A DNA stretch of 64,000 nt from Eledone cirrhosa. Taxonomy: Eukaryota. The DNA is taken from assembly GCA_964016885.1 (NCBI GenBank), contig OZ024740.1, positions 69,998,001 to 70,062,000 on the forward strand, written 5' to 3'. Position numbers and translations under genes: made by a program. Below, piece after piece: positions 45,776 through 57,699 of this stretch (the first letter of the stretch is position 1; each line of letters opens with the position of its first letter). The notes beneath the pieces were generated by a model. That model saw nothing but the letters and a program-made list of their open reading frames with translations, did not search any database and was not told where the DNA came from.

Positions 45776-46374
45776 CTTTTCCTAATATATCAAGCGTTAA
45801 ACTAATAAATGTCTTCATTGTCCCGTATTGTTTGCTCTTTTGTTTCCGTTTTCTTTTTGCATAAATAAATGTATACTCCCCCGTATCATTTGGGTATTGG
45901 TAACACCCATATTACAGTATGTCTAAGATTAACAACCAGTGCGTCGTGTAGCATGCCAATCAGTTCTTGCTCATGAAGATCAAACCTGTACTGGTCTAAT
46001 GTTTTCCATCCCTTTTCCAGGCTTATTTTCTGGGAAAGACACTCTCAACCATAGCACAAAATATAATTATATTATTATAAACAAACAAAAAAACAAATAA
46101 AAAAAACAAATTGATATCATTCAAATATTTTAATGTCTTAATGTTATAAAATTATGTAAAATTATGTAAATTGTATGTTATTACTGTTATGGGGGGGGGG
46201 GGCATTTCTGAATGGGGGAGGCCAAATTTGGACAATTTAGTTATAGTGATTAGTTTAGCTCTTTGCACTCTAAAATGGTCAGAAAACTTCGATATACGAT
46301 AAACATAACATGTACATAAATTGTAGCTTATATCCAAATAGATGTGTGTTTTGGTAGTAAGGGGAGAAAATATA

Positions 46375-47290
46375 AAGCCAAACTCTACCCCTCTCTATAT
46401 CTACACTTATCTCTCCCAATCCCTCTCTGTATAGCAATCACCCCTAAACTCCAAACTATCCCCCTCTCTAAATCTACCATGCACCACTCTCTCGCATTCC
46501 CTCTCATCCTATCCTTCACTACCAAACTCTCCCCCTCTATATCTATCAATACCTATCTCTATAAATCATCTCACTCTATTCATTACCTCCAAACTCTCCC
46601 CCTCTCCATATCTACTACACGAACGTTCTTCCAATATTTCTCTTTATATCAATAATCATCAACCTCTCCCCTTCTCTATATATAGTATAAAACATACTCT
46701 CTCAAACCCCCTCATTATATGAATTACCACCAAACTATCCCCCTCTCTATATCTACCATACAACATTCTCTCTCATTCCCTCTCACTCTGTCTATCACTA
46801 CCAAATACCCACTCCCGGCTCTATATCTATCAAAACCAATCTCTATCAATACTCTCACTCTATTTATTACCACCAAACTCACCCCCTCTCTACAGCAACC
46901 ATACAATATATTCTCCCAATACTGCTTTCTATATCAGTTAACACCTAACTCTCACATTCTCTATATCTACTACATGGAACTCTCTTCCAATACCCCTCTC
47001 TATATCAATTGTCACCAAATTCTCCCCCTTCCTATATCTACTACACGGTACTCTCTTCCGTTCCCCCTCTCTATATATCAATTAGCACCAAACTCTCCCC
47101 TTCTCTGTATCTACTATACAGAACTCTCTTCTAATCCCCCTCTTTATATCTACTACACGGAAGTCTCTTCATATTCCTCTCTCTATATTAATTAACATCA
47201 ATCTATCCCCTCTCTATATACAACACACTCTCCCAACCTTCCTCTCCATATCAGTTACCACCAAAATCTCCCCCTCTTTATAACTAATTC
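46375..47290. repeat. Degenerate pyrimidine-rich minisatellite
   Basis: Recurrent ACCACCAAACTCTCCCCCTCTCTATATC motif, bracketed by direct TGTGTGTTTTGGTAGT copies at ~46343 and ~47340. Confidence 0.75.
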
Positions 47291-47776
47291 TTTATCTCCC
47301 GTCTGTCTCTACATAAATTGTAGTGCATATACGAATATATGTGTGTTTTGGTAGTTTGGGGGAAAACGTAACATTATTGGGGTGGGGGAGGCATGCCCCT
47401 CCCCGCACCACCACTTCCAGTACCCTTGTTATGTGAAGGTTTCATGTAAATATTAATTTTAGGTGGGTAACCACTAAAATAAATCGTCTTATCTAGATCA
47501 CTCTAATATGGGAATTCATTAAATAAATATAAAATATGTTTACATATATATATATAAATATAAATATATAAGCATGTATACGTACATACATATATGTATA
47601 CAGACGTACAGTAGTATGTATATATATATATACATACATGCACACATATATATGTACGTATGGATTCACCGAACATTTATTATAATGCTCGGTGTGTTTG
47701 TAAACAAACAACCCGAATTAAGCCGTACAGTGTCTAGCAACCATCGTTGCTCATTTGTTCAACACTGACAAAGGAA

Positions 47777-47817
47777 CGCTGTACTAGTTTCAAGCTTATT
47801 AGCTATCGTCAGCAACG
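47777..47817 (-). ncRNA. Type I hammerhead ribozyme, intact core
   Basis: CGUUG CUGACGA U-AGCU-AAUA-AGCU-U GAAA CUAG UA CAGCG. Confidence 0.85.
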
Positions 47818-48228
47818 CATACCTTCCAGCCAGATGGTTGAACGTCTGAAAGTATATACTTTCCTTATGCATATTAACGGCTGAGCAGCCTAATTTGCAT
47901 ATCGAGTGAGTTAATCGGCCGGGCGCACCGAAAACAATAAACGGAAAAAATGAAACGAACAAATATATATGTGTGCATGTATGTATATATATATATACAT
48001 ACTACTGTACGTCTGTATACATATATGTATGTACGTATACATGCTTATATTTAAGTAACAGCCATACTAAGAGTGAGAAATGAAATTTAGTTTCATTTTT
48101 TTCCGTTTATCGTTTTCGGTACCCCGGCCGATTAACTCACTCGATATGCAGATTAGGCTGCTCAGTCGTTAATATGCATAAGGAAAGTATATACTTTCAG
48201 ACGTTCAACCATCTGGCAGGAAGGTATG

Positions 48229-48269
48229 CGTTGCTGACGATAGCTAATGAGCTTGAAACTAGTACAGCG
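48229..48269 (+). ncRNA. Type I hammerhead ribozyme, intact core
   Basis: CGTTG CTGACGA TAGCTAATGAGCTT GAAA CTAG TA CAGCG. Confidence 0.85.
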
Positions 48270-48535
48270 TTCCTTTGTCATTGTTGAACAAATGAGCAAC
48301 GATGGTTGTTAGACACTGTACGGCTTAATTCGGGTTGTTTGTTTACAAACACACCGAGCATTATAATAAATGTTCGGTGAATCTATACGTACATATATAT
48401 ATGTGTGCATGTATGTATATATATATATACATACTACTGTACGTCTGTATACATATATGTATGTACGTATACATGCTTATATTTAAGTAACAGCCGTACT
48501 AAGAGTGAGAAATGAAATTTCGTTTCATTTTTTCC

Positions 48536-48569
<34 letters not shown>

Positions 48570-48716
48570 TATTTTCCGTTGTATTGTAATATAAATATTA
48601 CACACAGTAGATTGACAGCTCACGTAGAGTTTGCTCGACGGTTCCAGTTGTAGTTCCAAAAGTAATCCGGAGAAAAATAGAAAGATTTGAATGGATACAG
48701 TTTAGTTGAAAGGAAT

Positions 48717-48837
48717 TTATTGACACGTGTTTCTATAACAGTTACATAACCTGAAAACAGCTGCTATCTACAAAGTTTTAGTTATGTAGACATTCAATAT
48801 TTCAATGTTATTATTTACTGTCATTTCATCAGAATAA
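48717..48837 (-). ncRNA. Hammerhead with extended stem II (inverted copy)
   Basis: Reverse complement of 49013-49133. Confidence 0.7.
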
Positions 48838-49012
48838 TATTATTGAGGACCTATTTGGTTTTTATAGAGAATATTAGGAGGGAGGGGTGAAGTTGTTAGA
48901 AGAATAGTTGAGGGAGTGGTTTGTTGATAGCAGTGAGAATTTTTGGTGGCAGTGAGTAATTAGATTCCCATCCTAATATTCTCTATAAAAACCAAATAGG
49001 TCCTCAATAATA

Positions 49013-49133
49013 TTATTCTGATGAAATGACAGTAAATAATAACATTGAAATATTGAATGTCTGCATAACTAAAACTTTGTAGATAGCAGCTGTTTTCAGG
49101 TTATGTAACTGTTATAGAAACACGTGTCAATAA
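49013..49133 (+). ncRNA. Type I hammerhead with ~90-nt stem II domain
   Basis: TTATT CTGATGA A-ATGACAGT...ACTGTTAT-A GAAA CACGTG TC AATAA. Confidence 0.72.
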
Positions 49134-49165
49134 ATTCCTTTCAACTAAACTGTATCCATTCAAAT

Positions 49166-49227
<62 letters not shown>

Positions 49228-49312
49228 AGGAAGTGAGTTTTATTGTAGCAGAATAAAGCAATGCAAATATCGGATAAGTAGCACTCTACAGTTTGTAGGA
49301 CTGGAGTATAAA

Positions 49313-49393
49313 TAATATAAGATCAAAAGATGGTTAAAAGAGTTCCAAGTATTTTATAAAATACTTGGAACTCGTTTAACCATCTTTTGATCT

Positions 49394-49400
<7 letters not shown>
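49313..49400. repeat. 88-bp near-perfect palindrome
   Basis: TAATATAAGATCAAAAGATGGTTAAA...TTTTATAAAA...TTTAACCATCTTTTGATCTTATATTA with one mismatch. Confidence 0.9.
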
Positions 49401-49430
<30 letters not shown>

Positions 49431-49447
49431 AACACACACACTCACAC

Positions 49448-49478
<31 letters not shown>

Positions 49479-50866
49479 CGTATGTGTGTGTGAAAGAGAG
49501 TTCTTTATATGAGTGTGCATCAGTATGTATGTATGTACGTGTCGTTTATGTATATACGTAAGTCTATTTACTGATTGCAATTTTTTTCCAAACGTTGACG
49601 AGTATAGTTAGCAAAGACAATGATATGAATAAAGTTCAAAATATAAAATACAATTAAATATTATGTACCCACGTTTACTGTTGTTGTGTGTTGGCCGAAG
49701 TATATTAGATATTAACTTAAGATACGTTTGATCTTCTTTCTAAAGAAAAGAAAAATACCCGTTTTGTTTTGTTTAGTTGTTTCTCTGTTTTTCTTTAGTT
49801 GTTTTTGTGTCTGTTTTTTTTTTTTTTGGGGGGGGGGGGTAATACTAAATTCTTTCTCGTTCAGTTGTCGCTGTGTTTCTCATGCATTTTACTCCACGTA
49901 AAGACTAACAGTAAGCACAAATAAAAATAGAAGAAAGAAATAGACTTTTTATCTCTTGCCCAATCATCCTATTTCTATCACGAACTATGTCACCGTATTT
50001 TTGTCACGAATTACTGATACCTTATCCGTATAAAAAAAAGAAAAGGGTTTTTCATTTTCTTATTTATTGATTGATTTATTTATTTGCCTTGCTATTTGTT
50101 TTCAAGATCTATTTTTTTTTTTTTATTTCTGGCCTAGTGGTATTTTTTTAATTTTGTTTATATGTGTATGCCCCTTTTTTTTTCTTTTATCATACATATG
50201 TCATTGTAAATTTTTTTGTTGTGTATATATGTATTTTGTTTAACTTATTTATTCATTTCGTTTGCCCTTGTTATCTTTCTGTCTGTGCCAGTTTTGGAGG
50301 AGGGTGTTAAGTTCGTCCGATTGTACAACAACGGCAAAGAATTAGTGACAATACATTAGAGCCACAACTCATTAACTGATGAAGAGATGCATAAAATTAT
50401 GTTCAGTTGAGTGTGGCAGGCGGACTAAGTTAAACTTGCACACATACTATCTGAGCGACACAGGAGTGTCTGTCGATCACCAATCCCAGTGGTAGCAGTT
50501 ATAATGTGTCGAGATGGTGTCATTGCAACACTTTCAATTAGTTACAAGCAGGGGTTTACTTCCTGTAGCCCAGTTGCTGAAATAGATACTGTCATCAAAG
50601 ATACCGTTTTTTTTTGTTGTTTTTTGTAGTTTTTTGCTATATTTATTTTTGAATTTTTTTCCCTTCTGTTTTAATAAGCAGTCCAGAAAACGCATGTTAT
50701 TTGATCTATTGGTGTTAACTTTAATTATTAATAGTGATTGGCCCTGAATAACTGCTCCCTACTGGAGATATTTTTTTCATTGTCAATAGCTTTTTTTTTT
50801 TTGTTATCCATTAGTTTTATCATTTACTATTTATCATTTATCATTTACTATATTTTTGTTACATAC

Positions 50867-50905
<39 letters not shown>

Positions 50906-51189
50906 CACATATATATTATATTATATATTATACATTATATGACATGTACAAAATTGTCTGCTTTTATATGGTTGTTATTTTTATATGGTCTTAATCATCT
51001 TAGTGCCCTTGTGGCAAATAAAGAAATGTTTATTAATGTTGTTGATGTTATTATTATCGTTATTAGTTTATACGGACGATTATACGGCTTGTGCAAGTTT
51101 ATTAGTTTTCATTTGTTTCCAAATGCTTTTTTTGCCAATTGTTTTGTCACAAACTGTTTATAGGGTGCCCTGACTTGACCCTCAATGAA

Positions 51190-51840
51190 GGCGACCCCAT
51201 AATATATGGGCCTCACACAATACATCATAGAAAGAGTAGAGTGTAAACTTGGATTAGGTTGAGCTCTGATCAGTTGAGATCAATCGAAAGTTTTCGATAG
51301 AGTCGACCATCCATACCTGAAGGCTGTCCTCGAGGTAGCTGGCTTCGGTCCCGACTTCAGAGGCTGGATCTCTGCAATACACAGCGACATCTGCTCGTCT
51401 TCTTGGCAGCGCTGCAGTCCTGGGTCATGTGGAGGCTGAGAGAGAGCGCTTGGAAAATGAAATGTCTTCATACGCTCACAACCTTCAGCCAATTGGGCAG
51501 TACTATCGGTGCAAAATCTACCTTAAATTTCTAGAGAGATTTAGTAGTGAGTAAAAACAACGACGTTCTAGGAGAGACTCTGAATGTCGATGAATCGACT
51601 AGCCACTCTTTCCCAGAAGACTTTCAGTACAGGGTTCATGAATATTTTCCAGAAATTCCTGACCTGGCAATGCTACCAAGGAGTTTTGCCAGTTTGGGGT
51701 AAACTCTATAGGCATGGAAGTGCCGCCAGCCGGGCCTGTCCCAGGTGCACGCATGGCGATGAAACTGTTCTGCACTCAGTCGACAAGTGTCCGAGTGTTA
51801 CTGACTTGTGGGTTTATGTCAAACATATACTGTCACAAAT
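51190..51840 (+). pseudogene. Internally deleted Tx1-like ORF2 fragments
   Basis: DQSKVFDRVDH and FQKFLTWQCYQGVLPVWGKLYRHGSAASRACPRC..DETVLH, homologous to 14.3 and 15.5 kb. Confidence 0.85.
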
Positions 51841-53463
51841 CATTATTATTATTTGTCTCAATTCGATGAAATTTAACTCTATTTTTCTTTTTAAGTTTCC
51901 TTGTCTGAATTGTTTTCAAACTGAGAGCCCGCCGAAATTCTTGTGTTTAAGACATTACATCGGTAAAGGAAAAAATTGCTTTTCAACATTTTATATAGCT
52001 GCACATTTTGGAGATGGCCTCTTCTTCATCATCTGCATTTGTGGTAATATGTAATGCCAGGAAAGAGAATTTCATTTAATGTCGCCTCTGAACGCATGAA
52101 AACGAATTTTAAAAAAGAGAGTTAACAAAATTCGTTTAAAAAGATGAAAAAAAAGTGCAAAGTTTTCAGAGATTAAAATTAATGAGAACAATTATCACAA
52201 AATATTCAGCACAAACAACAACGCATATGCATACATTTACTCACAGACGAACGCTAAAAATAGTAGAGGAGTAACAATTTTAGATTCGCTCAAGCTGTAA
52301 GTTAGAGCAAATTTTAAACGTGAACCAGTCAGCAAGTAACCCCCCCCCCCTCCAAAAAAAAACCAGAAATATACCTGTATCACAAACCCTTTTATTCAAG
52401 AATAGGAAAATAGGAAAGTTCCCAATTTATGTCGAACATAGAGAAGGGTGATTTTCCTCGTGTTCTCAAAATAACAATTGGAGGCAGCCCTGGTTGGACT
52501 GCTGTGTCATTCGAGGGGGATTTTAACGTATTCAAAATTGTCGACGGATGAGAAAAACAGACTGTTTGCGTAAGTGTGTGTAAGAGTGTGTGTGTATGTA
52601 TGTGTGTGTGTGTGGTGTTGTGTGTGTGCTCGTATGCAAGGGCCTCATTCAGTCGTGACTAACCATGGGTTTGCAACTAGCAACTTCCTTTCTTAGGAAG
52701 GAACTAGACTAGGCAAGGTGTTTTGTGGAAGATCAGGAGTCGCCCGTGGATGTAAATCTCCCGCCTCTATAAAATGAAATGGTATCATCGCATCTCATTT
52801 TATCAAGCTGAGTCAACTGGAACTACGTGATACAATGCGCCAGCCGATCCGGGAATTGAACCTACAACCTTACAATCATGAGCCGAACACGTTGCATAAT
52901 TGTTTATATAAAGGTTTCGAATACTTTAACCAGTTATGAAATGTTGTAATCTTACAAATAGAAACGTTCCTATCCTTGAAGCTCAAAGCTAAATACGGAG
53001 GCACGTTATAAATGCTCAACCACCTATGTATTCATCTTAAGAGGGCGTGGATGGTTATGGCAGGAATGTGGTTAACGTGTTTTAGACGAGCAGAGAAAAT
53101 ATGCAAACGGACGGATAATTTTTTCAGCTTCCGTAAATAGTTTTAAATTATTGATGAATGGATTTGATGACCAAGTAGCTAATATAGATTGATTAACAAT
53201 TAGTGGGAAGCAGTTAGTTTCTTTGAGATAGTTATCTTTATACAACAAGAAATAGCGTTATATATATATATAGTGAAAGATTGAAGAATAGCATGGTCAA
53301 CAGTACAAAAAGGGTTTTATTTACAGTATTAACAATTGTTTCATTGATTAAGTTGCCTAAGGAAACCTCTTGTTGAGTCAAACAACGCCGTACGCTAAAA
53401 GTATCCACAATACGGAGTATTCACAACCTCTAACTGGATTACCTATAACGATCATTTGTTAAC

Positions 53464-53530
<67 letters not shown>

Positions 53531-54010
53531 TTATAGATCTAAATTCCTTGTGGTTTAAATATGATTGGTATTTCTCACTAATACCCTTCCCTAAAATTTT
53601 ACTCTCCTTCGTTTTATAACATTAAATGTTCGTGTACACTTCACCGGCTTGATCTCTTTTCATCCCCAAAGTATTCTTTTCATTCAAAGTATTCTTTACA
53701 TTCAAAACATAAGTCTGCATTCCTCTACCCCTAAATTAAATTTCTACTACTACTATTCTATCAACTTGACCTCTTATTACTTTTCTATTGGTCAATTCAA
53801 AACTTGTTCCCAAACAGACCTATTATATTAAATCTTTGTTGGGTTTTTTTTCAATAAACAAAACTCATCATTTCTGAAGACAGCGTATATATATGAAGGT
53901 ATGTATATTTCTTGTATATATATGAAGGTATCTTCTCTTTTCGTGATATTTGGATTACATTGAGTTCTTCATACGGATTGGACACTACCGTATATTTTGG
54001 TAGATTTATC

Positions 54011-54096
<86 letters not shown>

Positions 54097-54565
54097 AGTT
54101 TGTGTTGTGTGTGAGTCCCAGGTTCAATCGAGGGTAACCACAGTAAATAACTTACTCAATACATTAGTAGAATGTAAACATCAAATTTAATATAGAAATG
54201 GATTCTACATGACTAGAACAGTTTCATTCCAAAGAAATCATCAGGAAAGCCCTGGTGATTTCTTCCGTGTGAAACATTTATAGTCCAGTAGAAGCCACTT
54301 ATTAAATTTGATATATATATGAAAGAGGGGGAAGAGAGAAAGAGAGAGTAAAACATTGTCTATAGGAGACAGTGGGAGTGAACGGAATAGGGTTGTGGTG
54401 AGGCATTGGTGGTGTGTTTAATAATATATTGACCTAGTCATTTCTGTTCTCAATCGAAAACCCTTCCAGTCTGACTTTCGCTTCCATCCTTCCCGGGTCG
54501 ATAAGGAAAACTACCACGGAAGAACATGGGACGGATATCGTGGACTGTCCCTAGGTAAGAAATTA

Positions 54566-54810
54566 TTATCATCATCACCAACATCCTCACCAGCATCATG
54601 ATCAACATCATCACCAACATCATCACCAACATCATCACCACCAACATCATCATCATCATCACCATCATCATCATCACCAACACAATTATCACCATCATCA
54701 CCATCATCATCATCACCAAAAACATCATCATCATCACCAACATCACCAACATCATCACCAACATCATCACCAACATCATCATCACCATCATCACCGTCAT
54801 CATCATCATT
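54566..54810. repeat. (CAT/CAC/CAA) compound repeat with a 12-bp CATCACCAACAT unit
   Basis: Directly visible. Confidence 0.9.
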
Positions 54811-55312
54811 GTAATCTCCAATAATAGTATATTACAATAACTTGTGAGATATGTGAGATGAAACTATATAAATTGTTTCATTAACTAACATTCAAGTAAA
54901 CAAGATAAATCATTGAAACAAAACATAAAGTCAGAATTATACTGTTACCTACTTATATATATTTGAAAAATGGCGGAGCTGACATCATTATATTCTCTCC
55001 TCCCACTTCTATATACTGAATAAATTAATAAATAAATAAACAAACAAATAAATAGCATTCTTTTTTATTATTATTTTTTGTTTTACATTTATATACATAC
55101 ATATATATACATATATATATATATATACATATATGTATATATATATATATATATACACATATACATATATATTCAAATATACAAACACACACACACAGAC
55201 ATATATATATAGTCATATATATATATACATACATGTATATATAGATATATTTATACACATATACATATATATATATATATATGCATATGTATATATACAT
55301 ATGTGTGTGTGT

Positions 55313-55364
<52 letters not shown>

Positions 55365-55378
55365 TTATACACACACTC

Positions 55379-55410
<32 letters not shown>

Positions 55411-56744
55411 GCTGTAAAAAATGTGGTAGAAGTAAAAGAAAGAGATATATACTTTATATAGCAATATTCATGGCATTTTAGTTTCAAGGGGATTTATAAG
55501 GTTAATTAGAGTTGCTCAGCCTAGAATATCATCTTCTGCCTTAATGCGTTCTACGCACGCGCGTTTTTAATCATGTGCAAAAGGCAGACGGAATATCGTT
55601 GCTTTATTGAACAATGACGTGACAAGCTAGTGTCACAGCCATCTTAGCTCCCGGTAACCAATGTGGCATAGCTTTGAAGAAGACCAGTAAAAAAGGAAAT
55701 GAAAAAGGAAGAAGAAAGCAATGACTTCTATACGTGTGCTTTTCGCAATGTCGTAAACAGTTATGAAAGAAAATGACCGCCATTTTTACGGGTTACAAAG
55801 CTTTCAGCAAATCTTGTGGAGGTCCAAACTTCCCTTTCAGTATAAACAATGACGCCTACGCGTGCAGCCACACGTGTATGCACACACACGCGTTTACACA
55901 AGTGCCAATGCTTGGATTTTTATGTGTGCCTTTACGTGTGCATTTCTTTGTGTGTATGCGTATGTATTTGTATATGCGCGCATCTGCTCATTTCTGTGTA
56001 TCATTGTAAATAAACATCGTATTTTTTTGTTGTTCTTTTTTTTTTTTCGAAATTTTAATTAGGCAAACTATAAACCTTCTATTTTAAGAAGTTGTGCCAA
56101 TCAGGAATTTCTCAACAATTATTTGAGTGATGAAATTAAAGTGAAAGTAATTACTTAACCGAATATCAAACCCGACACGTGAATTTGATTTACCTTTATT
56201 TCACACTCCATTCAACATTGTTTTCATGGCGCAGTCGTCGAAACAATGACTCTTTTAAAATGTTTGTAATATCCCGAAGTCATGTTATATTTTCAACTTT
56301 AAAAAAAATCCTTCCATTAATGTCTAGTGAGTCAAATGAAGTATTTTTTAAATTTGACGTAAATAAATTTACAGAATTGCGTATGATAGGAAGACTGAAG
56401 GGGGAAGTTAATGAATATGAAGAATACTCGCGTGTCAGGAACATTTTGAAGACCTTTGCTCAACATCATTTTTTTGGCGATGCTTAACACTATTTCATTC
56501 CTATTCCAGATTAGTATCTTAGTATGAAATTACTATTTTATTTTTTTTCGTATTTTTTATGTGTGCCTTTGCGTAAGCAAGGAGACTGAAGCTGAACCAG
56601 ACTTTTAAACTCTCGATGACCGCGTGAAGGGCGAAAAAAAGTAAACGTACCTTTCTCCACTTTCGGAAAAAAAGAACGAATTCTAACAAAATGCAACACA
56701 AAAAAGACAATTCAGAGGAGTCCCCCTCGATAGAAGAAACTCAC

Positions 56745-56828
56745 GGTTTGTGTGGGCGTACGGGTAACTAACGCCATGCTGATAGTCACATTCTTCCAGT
56801 CATCGTCGACATCAGTCCGCAAAATATT
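56745..56828 (-). CDS. Candidate 84-nt internal host exon (NILRTDVDDDWKNVTISMALVTRTPTQT)
   Basis: Minus strand: pyrimidine-rich tract then AAG| ... |GTGAGT. Only the phase-0 frame is open, in locally higher-GC unique sequence. Product not recognised. Confidence 0.3.
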
Positions 56829-57380
56829 CTTGGTAGAGAATTTAACAGAAAGGGATATATAAACATGCTCCCAATAGATTATTAATAAGGTGCTCACCAG
56901 CATGCTCTGAATATGTAATAGAAGCCATACTTGGGGATTTTTTTATCGTCTTAAATTAGAAAGAGCTTTCCGTTGCACAGGAATTCAATATTCGTGTAGC
57001 GAAAGGATACAACATAGGAATGTTTTTTCCTATCTAAATACAGTTCCTACCCGTATTTGATTTTGAAGTATCTACTTTTTATATAATATGATTTTTTTTT
57101 TTATGATCGTGTTTATAAAGATTTTCATCGTTTTTATGATTTCATCGTTTTCGTGATTTATTAACTTTATAATCCTTCTATTGCATAACAATTCTTTACA
57201 CCTCCATTATTAGATGAACTTTAGCTAGCAGAACAAGTAGTGTAACGCCAATGTTTTAAACCTTATAGTATGTACGATGTTTTATATTCTTGGGGAGCTA
57301 ATATTTTGCAGCCTGAAACCACGTGGTCAATGAGCGGAACATGCGCATCACATAATCGACATTATTATTATTATTATTTG

Positions 57381-57699
57381 TGGATTTGCAGTATCGGCAA
57401 AGCATCGGACTTTGCAGCACAGATTTACGGCCGTCTACGTTCTGAGTTCAAATCCAGCCGAGGTTAACTTTGTCTTCCATCCTTACGGGGTCGTAAAATA
57501 AAGCACCAGTAACGTACTGGGGTCGATTTAATCGACTTTCCCTCCCCCCCAAATTATTGGCCTTGCGCCTATAGTAGAAACCATTATTATCATTATTATT
57601 AGGGTAGTGGATTGGCAGTATCGGTAGAGAGTCGGACGCCATGCTTTACGGTCTGAGTTCAAATCCCGCCGAGGTTAACTTTGCCTTTCATCCTTACGG
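57381..57699 (+). mobile_element. Two tandem tRNA-derived SINEs, the second cut off by the satellite
   Basis: B-boxes at ~57444 and ~57655; the second copy stops at CATCCTTACGG. Confidence 0.8.

Larger units (their letters stand above)
47570..48540. repeat. ~432-bp hammerhead unit: partial copy plus inverted 1.3-unit tandem
   Basis: 47570-47960 is in the satellite orientation; 47961-48540 is inverted with 432-bp periodicity and ends at (TA)n. Confidence 0.92.
48681..49169. repeat. ~199-bp inverted repeat (48681-48879 / 48971-49169)
   Basis: Near-perfect arms around a ~90-bp spacer, ending at (TA)n. Confidence 0.92.

Noticed and set aside
54450-54840. Met/Val-rich and Ile/Thr-rich ORFs
   Set aside because: Translation of the CAT/CAC repeat.
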